Notes: generated from the sequence alone by a model not told the origin. DNA of 20,847 nt from Candidatus Baldrarchaeum yapensis (GCA_016840465.1 JAEOSH010000044.1:1-20847), one strand, 5' to 3'. Positions 1 to 8,609 are shown, counted from the stretch's first letter. A program made the numbers and translations.

Positions 1-687
1 CTCTAGGGCTTTTCTGGCGCGGTGGATCTTCGGGCGGCCTCTATGATTTTCCTGCGGGCTGTGGTTCTGTGGACAGGCACGCTCGAGTGGCGCGTCATTG
101 CAGATATTTTTTTTCGGGGGTGAGAGGAGTATATCGACGTAAGCGGCCACGAAGATTCTGAACTCTCTTCCGAATAGTTTAATAACATCCGTTTACTTAG
201 GATGTAGTGATGTATCGGTTTGCTTTCTGGGGCTCGCATATGTGCGAGGGGCGGACGGGGATTATGAATGTCCCATCCGCTTCTCGACAAAAATCGATTC
301 CGTGCGCAACATCTGATATTTAAAATTCAGTGATCTTGTTTGGAATGTTTCAGCATGAAGGGGAGGATTGAAGAGGCAACAGAGAGTGCATGCTAGGTGT
401 TGGCGTGTGAATGCACCTAACTATGAGTTTATGCTTTCATAGGGTGGCGGCTCTGTAGATCAAGTTCGTGCTTCCAGTCTCAAAGGCTTTGCAATATGTC
501 GGATGTCATTTGGCGTGTCTTTTGCTTACAAGAACCTCCGAGTGAGTGGATCCTGATAACCGACAATTTAACAAGTTGTATTAACGAAGGATTTTAGAGG
601 CCTCGTTAATCCGAAAAGAAATCTGCGTGGAGGTAGAAAGTTGCGATGCTGATAGCTGAAAATTCTGGATGCGGGATAGCGATAACA

Positions 688-753
688 TTTAAAGTTAGGA
701 GGCTTATAAACGTCATGTTGGTCGCTTGTCGCCGTTAATCACTAGGGGGGTGA
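688..753 (+). promoter_or_regulatory. Candidate promoter and RBS of cas6
   Basis: TATA-like TTTAAAG (688-694) and TTATAAA (704-710); SD-like GGGGTGA (747-753) just before the GTG start at 760. Confidence 0.45.
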
Positions 754-759
754 AGGGAT

Positions 760-1560
760 GTGAGGATCCTGAAGTTTGACGTTTGTGTTACCTCGTTGGG
801 GAAGGGGGTCCTCAATCCGTTCACGGGGCCGCAGGTGCAGGCCCTCTTTTTGAACATCATTGCGCGTGTGGATCCCTCGCTTGCCAAGAGGCTTCATGAG
901 GATAAGGGCATAAGGCCGTATGCCGTTCGCCCCCTCAAGCCCAAGTCGGGAAAGAAGGGGGTTGTTCAGGGAAAGTGGTTGATAGAGAAGGGGCACGAGT
1001 ACGTTTTCTCTTTGTCGGCGCTGACCGAGGAAGTTGCGGAGGTCCTCGCGAAGGGTCTAACGGAGGCGATGGGAGAGGAAGTTACGATAGGGAGGGTGGA
1101 GTTTGCGGTGAGGAGCATCTCGGTGGAGGCCACGTCTGTTGAGGAACTGATAAAGAGCGCAAAGGTCCCTCATAGGATCCTGCTCGTTTTCCGGACGCCC
1201 ACCCACTTCAAACTGAGAGGTACGTCCTCTTATCTTCCGTTTCCTCTACCTTGGATCATGTATGCGAACCTTGCGGGGATATGGAACTCTCTCTACCCTT
1301 ATAAGGTGGATTTGGAGGAGTTTGCGAAGTGGCTCTACGGGAATGTGCTCCCGCGGGCGTTTGAGGGGAAGACGAGAGAGGTCTGGGTGAAGGAGGCAAA
1401 GCAGGTAGGATATCGGGGAAGGATGGAGTTCGTTGTGAGGGACTCGGAGAATAGGTACGCGAGGTGGGTGTACGTTCTGACGAGGTTTGCGGAGTTTGCG
1501 AACACCGGCGCCCACAGGACCATGGGTATGGGAGTAGTGGAGATCACGGAGATCATATAG
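760..1560 (+). CDS. cas6: CRISPR-associated endoribonuclease Cas6 (RAMP superfamily)
   Basis: 266 aa; N-terminal 'FTGPQVQALFLNII...LAKRLHEDKGIRPYAVRPL' with the typical His, central 'FRTPTHFK...PFPLP', and C-terminal glycine-rich loop 'NTGAHRTMGMG'. Confidence 0.93.
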   Translation: MRILKFDVCVTSLGKGVLNPFTGPQVQALFLNIIARVDPSLAKRLHEDKGIRPYAVRPLKPKSGKKGVVQGKWLIEKGHEYVFSLSALTEEVAEVLAKGLTEAMGEEVTIGRVEFAVRSISVEATSVEELIKSAKVPHRILLVFRTPTHFKLRGTSSYLPFPLPWIMYANLAGIWNSLYPYKVDLEEFAKWLYGNVLPRAFEGKTREVWVKEAKQVGYRGRMEFVVRDSENRYARWVYVLTRFAEFANTGAHRTMGMGVVEITEII

Positions 1561-3142
1561 TTGAGATGAGCGGCTTCAGGAGTAAGTCCTCCATCAACTT
1601 TTCTGCCTCTTCATAGTCGCAAGTCGAGGGCGTGGCGAGTACTAAGTTGTGGCCCGATAGAACATCGCCTCCATCGGTGGATTTACGGGCTTCCAAGTAC
1701 TCCCTCGCCTCCCTCGCGGACATAAATATTTTTACGAGCCTCGAATATCCACTCTCTCCCTCAAACTCACCTATTCTTCTGACGAGCCTCATAGGTTCTA
1801 TGATGACCACATCTTTTGTACTGACATCTAGATCTTCTAGTGCCTGATTCAACGTTTCTTTAAACTTTGTCCATCTGTTTCGTATCACTACAAATACCTG
1901 GTCGGCGACCATGTTTTTGATAAGGTTTGCGGCCGTTTTGACCTTATGGGGGGTATCCTCTAGGCGCAGGAGCTCTTGGCAGAGTGACCAGTACTCGTCG
2001 GCGAGGCGATGGTCGTTTTGGCACAGGACTTTGAGAATGTCACTTATCACAAGGCGCCCGTAGCGCGCATATTCTCTCGCGAGGTCCGAGCCGGGCATCT
2101 CCCTCTCAAGTATGTTGTAGAGTTTCATTTCCAACTCTCCGAACTTCGAGTCCACTATCTCTATAGACGTCTTTGCAACGTGACTTTCCCTGAACCTCTC
2201 CGAGAGCCTCAGCGTTATGTGTCTCATCCTCCTGCCCAGCATTTTGAGGGAGCGCGGGTGAGGGAGGAGTTTATGCGCGGAGGTGAGGGAAATTACGATG
2301 GGGGTGTTTCTGATCTCCGCCGTGGGAGATACATTCCCCGCCATGGCGAACATTGCGGCATCATCTATCAATATAAGGGCGGGATCGAGGATCTTGTGGT
2401 TTCCGAGAAACTCATCCATCGTCATTATGTTCAGCATTCCCGATAAGTCCGCCTTGGGTTCGGCGCTCAGAACGGAGAGGATCTTGCGGAGCATATTGAG
2501 GGAGGCATGCGACGTTTCGATCACGAGGACCTTCCTTTGGAGTTCGAGGGCGCACATTATCAGGAGGACCTTAATTGCAATCTTGGGAAGCGTGCCGGGC
2601 ATGCAGAAGAGTAAGGTCTCACTGAGGGGATCCGCGGATTTCAGCTTCCTCAATGCATCCCCCAGGTTTATCGTGTTGGCAATTGCGTCGAGTATTGCAA
2701 TTGCGCGCGGTGAGGAGATGTCCATCAGAAGGATGCTTCTCCGGGCCTTTAAAAGGGATAGCAGTGCGGAGAAGAACAGGAGGAGCTCTATCACCTCCAC
2801 GTTATCTTCGCCGCCAGGCTCCCTGCTCTTCTCCCGCTTCACGAGGTAACTTCTCATGAAGTCGATGAGTGAGGTGATAAGATATCTTAGAAGGGAGGAG
2901 TCATACGACTTCTGAAGCCTTGAGTACACAACACGCCCCATAATTTCTCCGTTTTTTAACCTTATATTGAGCATTTTAGGTTCTAGAACGCGCAGGTAGC
3001 AAATTCTAGGCCCGTCGTTGGACTTATGATCGAAATATACGTAGAAGTAGTACCTGCTATCCCCGTTCTTAAGAACTCTCTTTATCTTCCTAACATAAGG
3101 CCCATAGCCGGGCCTCCCACACTTTGGACAAATACCTTTCAT
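1553..3142 (-). CDS. Putative C2HC Zn-finger protein fused to a degenerate (probably inactive) SF2 XPB/SSL2-like helicase domain
   Basis: Intact ~529 aa ORF; ATG 3142 with SD AAGGTG (ORF track starts at TTG 3148). N-terminal CPKC...YFDH...CYL. SF2 motif order and spacing are kept but degenerate: I 'LLFCMPGTLPK', Ia 'KVLVIETSHASL', Ib 'LNIMTMDEF', II 'LILIDDAA', III 'VISLTSA', IV-like 'QVFVVIRNR', V-like 'LVLATPS'. Confidence 0.7.
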   Translation of the reverse strand: MKGICPKCGRPGYGPYVRKIKRVLKNGDSRYYFYVYFDHKSNDGPRICYLRVLEPKMLNIRLKNGEIMGRVVYSRLQKSYDSSLLRYLITSLIDFMRSYLVKREKSREPGGEDNVEVIELLLFFSALLSLLKARRSILLMDISSPRAIAILDAIANTINLGDALRKLKSADPLSETLLFCMPGTLPKIAIKVLLIMCALELQRKVLVIETSHASLNMLRKILSVLSAEPKADLSGMLNIMTMDEFLGNHKILDPALILIDDAAMFAMAGNVSPTAEIRNTPIVISLTSAHKLLPHPRSLKMLGRRMRHITLRLSERFRESHVAKTSIEIVDSKFGELEMKLYNILEREMPGSDLAREYARYGRLVISDILKVLCQNDHRLADEYWSLCQELLRLEDTPHKVKTAANLIKNMVADQVFVVIRNRWTKFKETLNQALEDLDVSTKDVVIIEPMRLVRRIGEFEGESGYSRLVKIFMSAREAREYLEARKSTDGGDVLSGHNLVLATPSTCDYEEAEKLMEDLLLKPLISTI

Positions 3143-3511
3143 TAACAATACACCTTCTACCCACTATTCACTTCATTCTTACAATATACCAATACTATGA
3201 GTGGGTCATCCAGATGGGCCTCGCTCCTCGAGGATCCACCTTCCCTTTTCTTTCCCTTATGTGTATATATTGACTTTATAGATTTAAACTTTAAAATCGG
3301 CATAATTAGATGCATCTTACAACGACAAAGATGGGCAATCTTAGTAGCAAGAAGTACTTTTTTGCCGAGACGTATATTGTAGTAGGTGGGAACTCCACCC
3401 TCCACCATATGGGTTAATATCTACATAGAAAATACCTAAAGAGGAAATCATATATTTTCTGCAAATATTCCGAAAATGACGTTCACGAGTCATTAGGGAG
3501 GGAGGAGAGAA

Positions 3512-4105
3512 ATGAGTGTCGATGACTCCCCAACATCAAGAAAATGGGTAATGCATAAGGCCACCAGTGATGGGAATATAACTCGTTGCGCAATCACTGG
3601 AGAAGCCACATTAACCTTCAAAATCCGGGGATCCTCCCATGTAAAGGAAGTGCTCGCAAGAGGGAAGGGCAAGCGTCGCCTCAGGGGGATAATGCATGGT
3701 AGTATCAGCCGTAAGCACCGCCTCCCGATGATATTCGTAAACCCTATTGAGTTGGCGATTCTCATGGCAGTTGCAATTCTAAGGACGTTGGTGTGGAACT
3801 TGTCCTTTGTAGAGTTACGTGATGAGACCGGATCCATGTGCATTGCCCGACTGTACGGGTCACGGGAGTTGATCATGATTTTTCGCGTGGAGAGATCGGC
3901 TAAAGTCTATGTCGCGCCATCCAAAGAATACGTCCTCGAGAGGTTGACATCCCTCCTTTACGACTTCCTGCTCGGGCGGTTGAGCATTCGCCGCGCGTGC
4001 GAAAATTATAGATGCTTTCACCTGAAGCCTATGCCCTCCAATTTCTTTTTTGCTTTTTCCGGCTCACCTCTATGTATGCGACATCTACGCCCTCTATCAC
4101 CTTGA
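3512..4105 (+). CDS. Hypothetical basic protein
   Basis: 197 aa ORF with a strong SD (GGGAGGAGGAG) directly upstream, divergent from the helicase-like gene; no recognisable family motif. Confidence 0.6.
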   Translation: MSVDDSPTSRKWVMHKATSDGNITRCAITGEATLTFKIRGSSHVKEVLARGKGKRRLRGIMHGSISRKHRLPMIFVNPIELAILMAVAILRTLVWNLSFVELRDETGSMCIARLYGSRELIMIFRVERSAKVYVAPSKEYVLERLTSLLYDFLLGRLSIRRACENYRCFHLKPMPSNFFFAFSGSPLCMRHLRPLSP

Positions 4106-4477
4106 ACGCCGAGTCAGTTGTGATAATTTTCCCTCCGATTTTTCTCGCAAGCGCCAGGACATGACAGTCGACAAATGAAAGTTTGCCCCTGTAGTGCACT
4201 TCAGCTTTGCCGCCTCGTCTAAAATCTCCTTTTCCTCCATGACCACTATGTTCGACGCCCTTATCCTCCAGTTAAAATCGTCAGCCACATCCTTACCTAG
4301 CACCTGACACGTCTTATACCAGAACTCTCCAAGAATAAGTTCGCACGTCACGCCCGCCTTCCCGCCGCAGAATATTTCATCGAAGAAAGGCTTCACCCTT
4401 TCATCCCCACCGAAGTAGAGTGCAAAGGCCCCGGTGTCGAGTACGCAGCATTTGGGTTCGTAACTCCGACCTGTCAT
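4029..4477 (-). pseudogene. vapC: VapC/PIN-domain toxin, frameshifted (module 1)
   Basis: ATG 4477 with SD GAGGAGGAG; 'VLDTGAFALYF...LILGEFWY'. One base is missing at about 4194-4196, after which the shifted frame reads 'YRGKLSFVDCHVLALARKIGGKIITTDSAFK...' to TAG at 4029-4031, the canonical PIN C-terminus. Confidence 0.85.
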
Positions 4478-4701
4478 GCTCCTCCTCACGCCTTCTCTTC
4501 TCCGAAATCTCCGCCGCGATCTGCAACATTTTCTCACCGCTATCTCCGAAAGACTCCTCAAGAGGCCTCACGGGAACCATTAGTGTGCCCCTTTCGGTTT
4601 CTACGAACAGGACCTTAGTCCCCCTTCTTGGGCTCCAGCTTCCGGCGGATCTTCTTCGGGATCGTGACCATTTCCTTGCTGGTGATAGTCGCCATGTACA
4701 T
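4401..4701 (-). pseudogene. AbrB/MazE-type antitoxin, frameshifted (module 1)
   Basis: 'M(YM)ATITSKEMVTIPKKIRRKLEPKKG', then +1 base in the C5 run at 4620-4624. The shifted frame gives 'TKVLFVETERGTLMVPVRPLEE...' with its stop only at 4401. Not present in the ORF track. Confidence 0.8.
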
Positions 4702-5684
4702 CTATATCACTAGCGAATATTTTCATTTGCCATGGGATAAAAATAATGCCATACCAAATATCACAGTATGGAGAGAAAAGTTGGTGATATTGACCCTAAA
4801 TATCAAAAAACATGTTGCTTTTCCGAATTGCTGATTTTGACAGAGTTTCGGTAGTGAGATCTCTTCTCAGGATAGGCATCGATATGCATCCTTTCGAATA
4901 CCAGCACCGATAAATTATTTTCAGTGTTGAGTCTTGGGTCGATACTGAAGTATGGAGGGGTTACAGTGGCTTTTGCGCTTGACATCACCGGTGGTGGTCT
5001 GGGAGTCCCGCCCGAGATCGTAACTGGCGATGTTTTAATGAAGTGTTATTTTGAGGAGAAATATGTGCTTAGTAGTAATACTATGAGGGCTTATTTGATT
5101 TTGAACGAAAATGGGACTGTGAAGACCATTACTAGCATATTGCTCACAGCCATGAGGCGTTTACTGACAATTCTATCACCAAGCGCTTCCTAGGCTTCAT
5201 TCCACCACAGGAAATTGGAAGGAAAATATTCAGTAACATTATTTCCAACATTTTCCACCTTTTTTACATTTTCTGGTTGCATGACGCCACGAGTACTTCC
5301 TCTCGGATAAATTATATGCGATGTTCAAGACCGGGTTATCCCGTATTCTTGAAAAGCGTAAATAGGAGAGAAAGTGGTGCGACTTTTAGTTCAAGGCGCT
5401 AACTGAAGTTACACCTACGAATTCACAAATCCCTAGCGAATTGCATCATGTAGTCCATTACTCGAAGACCACATGTGGAACTCTGGTGAAATAAGGCCCA
5501 TTGGCGGAGATTTCAAACGAAAACATAAGATTAGGAGAAATAACATAACAATCTTTATCTCCGTATCTATCTTCACGCAATCCTCAGCCGCATCACTGGT
5601 CTGGGTCTCATGGTCCTCATGATACTCCTACCTTTTCTACGTGATACGAATCAGTTTAACTCGTTATTATCGGCGTATTTTGCG

Positions 5685-6872
5685 TTAACACCTCAGACCG
5701 GAGGTCAGGGTCGCGTTTGCTTTCCGGACGTCTTCGAGTGATGGAAACTCCTTCTCCAACTTCCTAAGTAGCGTCATAACAATATCGGCAAACCTAAACA
5801 GAATTGGGCACTCAAGAGCCCTTCTCTCCGGAACCTCTGCCCTTCTCATAACGTTCTTGCAGTACTTTCTCAAATGCCCCACCGCCTCCCTTTTCTTGCC
5901 CCTTCTGCTCAGCGTTAGCGCAAGAAACGCGTACGGTAGAACAAATTCTTCACCTCTGAGTACCGCCCTCCTCAGGGTGTCCTCTGCCTCTTTCCATTTT
6001 CCCATCAGCGCCTGCAGGGTTCCCATGTATAGGAGGATGAAGGGATCCTCGCCTATTTCATTAACGAATTCGCCGAGAATCTTCAAGGCTCGATCGTAAC
6101 GCTCATTGAAGGTGTGGAGGCTTGCATTGAGCAGAGCCCTTCTGTACTTTTCAAGGGGTGTGTCTGCCATATCCCTCAGTATACTCCCGAGAACCTCAAA
6201 GCACTTCTTACCGCGTCTCTCGATACTTTCCGCATACGTGATCTCTTCGGGAACCTCAATTTTTCCCTCAAGCCCCTTACTCTTAACTTCCTCCAGGAAC
6301 TTCTCCTTAAGTTCGCCAACCTCCCTCAGAATACTCCTCAGAACTTCAACGGCATCCATATTCTCTAAGAAGACAAGCCTCCGCCTGCCCAGCACGCGCG
6401 ACCAGAATCCGACCATGAGCATCTTCTGCCTATGCCACAGCTCGATGTTCGCGTATCTCTCCTTATCGAAGAAAACCAAACCCCCACGCATGTTCACAAT
6501 CCCGTAGCCACTTAACTCCCTTAACGCCTCTTTCATGACCCTCTTCTCAACCTCGAACTTCTTCGCAACCATGACAACGCTCCTGCCGTTGACCTCCTCA
6601 TACCTTGGAAGCGCTCTCACTCTCGGAACGGCCGAAAAGAACACTATGTAATCGGTGTACGAGAGAAAGGCCCTTAACACTCTCTCATCGTCCCTACAAT
6701 ATCTCCTCACATATATCTTCCCACTGAATCGGTCCTCCTCTATCTCAAATAATCCAAGCACGTCTCTCAGCGCGAGGAAATTCCCCAGCAGGAATATTAT
6801 GTCCGATAAAATGTGGAGGTGCTCCATGACCTCGTCAAAGTACCCTCGGGATGTCGGCCCTCTCTCGCCCAT
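5685..6872 (-). CDS. Winged-HTH plus tetratricopeptide-repeat protein
   Basis: 395 aa, SD AGGTGGGG; wHTH-like 'MVAKKFEVEKRVMKEALRELSGYGIVNMRGG'; TPR-like 'PFILLYMGTLQALMGKWKEAEDTLRRAV' and 'LPYAFLALTLSRRGKKREAVGHLRK'. Confidence 0.72.
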   Translation of the reverse strand: MGERGPTSRGYFDEVMEHLHILSDIIFLLGNFLALRDVLGLFEIEEDRFSGKIYVRRYCRDDERVLRAFLSYTDYIVFFSAVPRVRALPRYEEVNGRSVVMVAKKFEVEKRVMKEALRELSGYGIVNMRGGLVFFDKERYANIELWHRQKMLMVGFWSRVLGRRRLVFLENMDAVEVLRSILREVGELKEKFLEEVKSKGLEGKIEVPEEITYAESIERRGKKCFEVLGSILRDMADTPLEKYRRALLNASLHTFNERYDRALKILGEFVNEIGEDPFILLYMGTLQALMGKWKEAEDTLRRAVLRGEEFVLPYAFLALTLSRRGKKREAVGHLRKYCKNVMRRAEVPERRALECPILFRFADIVMTLLRKLEKEFPSLEDVRKANATLTSGLRC

Positions 6873-7064
6873 CGCAAACCCCCACCTGTCCCCCTATTGG
6901 TGGGTCGCCGCATGTCGGCCATATTACCTCAAACATTCCAGTAATTTAAAGTTCCCATTGTTGAACCGTCCCTCCCTAACGGGGCATAAAAAAGATAACC
7001 CTACAAACCGTTACCTATCACACCCGGCTCCGAGACGACCCACCTGGGAGCGGAAGTGTTATAA

Positions 7065-8321
7065 ATGCTACCGAAGATAATCGTACTCCTAATAGGGTTC
7101 ATACTCCTTCTCCTGTTACTGGCGAGCAGAGTTCCGATAAGCATCTCGATAATAGTATGCGCCTTGGTGGTGGCAGCATTCACAGTTCCACCGAACAATA
7201 TCCCCAATATGATAGTATTCACCGCAGAGCAGCGGTTAACTCAGGAGCTGGTCCTTCTATCGGCACTAATAGCATTTCTCGTTGTGATGTACGAGGAGAG
7301 CGGGCAGCTTGCCGAGATGACGAGAGTTCTCAGTAACTCGCTCAAAAGAGCAGATTTCTCGGTAATGGCAGTTCCCGCGTTTCTGGGCCTCCTATCGGTC
7401 CCAGGAGGAGCCCTCATGTCGGCACCGGTGGTTGAGAAAGAAGGCTCAAGGCTCGGTCTTGGAACCTTAAGGAAAATCTTCGTAAACATGTGGTTCCGCC
7501 ACCTTATATTCATGGTGTATCCGCTGGATGTCGCAATAATCATCGCGGCCGGAATATCTGGCGTGAGCCTGTGGCAAATGATACTCTATCAGGCGCCCAT
7601 CGCCCTCTTCATGATCCTTATAGGGTACCTAGTAGGCATTGCAAGATCAAAACCACCCCTAAAGACCCCATCCCGCCGCAGCGGGAATCATGAAGTTCAA
7701 AAATCCATAAAACCGTTCTTGCCGATACTCGGACCCGTGGCGGTAGCTGCAGTTCTGGGGCCGCTCGTCGACGACTCCGTTGACGTGTACTTCATAGAGA
7801 GACCGTCTTTGGTGATAGGTGCGGTTCTGGGGATAGCACTACTGGTGATAATAACGAGACCGGGGCTCCCGGATTTTGTGAGGGTTCTGAGAAGAGGGCT
7901 CATATATGACGTCATACTTGCAACTTATGGGGCATTGCTCCTCAGCAATGTTATGGTGATCGGCGGAATCGCAAGCTCCATCATCGCCGCCATAGAAAGT
8001 TCGAGGATACCATTCATCATCATGATGACCGCAACTCCCGTAATAATAGCGTTCATCACGGGTTCCCCGATAACCGCGATCGCAATATCGGTGCCCATCG
8101 TCACCTCCATCCAATCAATGAGCGTCATAAGCGCAAGTATGATATTCGTTTCCTCCTTCCTAGGGCATATCGCCTCCCCGCTCCACCTCTGCTACGTGTT
8201 CTCGGCAACCTACTTCAAAGGTTCCCTCACTAAGTCCTACGCCCTTATGATACCATCCTGCATCGCGACTATGCTCTTTGTCATGCTCTTATATGGGGTC
8301 CTTCTGTTCCCGCTTTCATGA
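7065..8321 (+). CDS. DUF401-family multi-pass membrane protein (putative transporter)
   Basis: 418 aa, highly hydrophobic; family-typical motifs 'PAFLGLLSVPGGALMSAP', 'NMWFRHL...YPL' and 'SPLHLC...YF'. Confidence 0.85.
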   Translation: MLPKIIVLLIGFILLLLLLASRVPISISIIVCALVVAAFTVPPNNIPNMIVFTAEQRLTQELVLLSALIAFLVVMYEESGQLAEMTRVLSNSLKRADFSVMAVPAFLGLLSVPGGALMSAPVVEKEGSRLGLGTLRKIFVNMWFRHLIFMVYPLDVAIIIAAGISGVSLWQMILYQAPIALFMILIGYLVGIARSKPPLKTPSRRSGNHEVQKSIKPFLPILGPVAVAAVLGPLVDDSVDVYFIERPSLVIGAVLGIALLVIITRPGLPDFVRVLRRGLIYDVILATYGALLLSNVMVIGGIASSIIAAIESSRIPFIIMMTATPVIIAFITGSPITAIAISVPIVTSIQSMSVISASMIFVSSFLGHIASPLHLCYVFSATYFKGSLTKSYALMIPSCIATMLFVMLLYGVLLFPLS

Positions 8322-8552
8322 CGCATGCCCAAGTATCTATCAGACATAATCAGCACGAAAATTCATGGATGATGGCACGAGAATGAAGAAGCGTCCCCCA
8401 ACGCCCCACTAAGGGATCACTTGAGGTCACCGAACCATTTCGGAGGTCCTTTAAAAGTATGAATGCAAGTCGCCGGAAGAATTCACGAAAAATCTCTCTG
8501 CGAGAAAATAATGACCACTCCGACTCTCCGCTATTTTTTGTTGCATCGTGGT

Positions 8553-8609
8553 GGAGAGCCTTCCCGCTTTCCGCCTTCATCGGCGGGCCTTCGCGGGGAA
8601 CGGTACTCC
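8553..8609. other. GC-rich 57-nt imperfect hairpin
   Basis: GGAGAGCC-TTCCCGC-TTT-CCGCC-[TTCATC]-GGCGG-GCCTTC-GCGGGGAA-C-GGTACTCC: three nested stems read directly from the sequence. Confidence 0.5.

Noticed and set aside
3-290. 95-aa minus-strand ORF at the left edge
   Set aside because: Ser/Pro/His-rich with no motif and no clear RBS; cannot be supported as a gene.
1553-3142. Calling the helicase-like gene cas3
   Set aside because: No HD domain, no intact Walker A/B, and the linker looks XPB/SSL2-like; adjacency to cas6 alone is insufficient.
5565-5690. SdhC-like membrane fragment 'YLHAILSRITGLGLMVLM'
   Set aside because: No start codon, upstream stops, and the conserved His of 'HRITG' is absent; likely chance.
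8553-8609. Hammerhead ribozyme, group II intron domain V, c-di-GMP riboswitch or archaeal SECIS
   Set aside because: Only short words resemble these (GAUGA..GAAA, GGAGAGCC, TCGAAAGAG, GAA-GGC); the required stems and conserved cores are absent.
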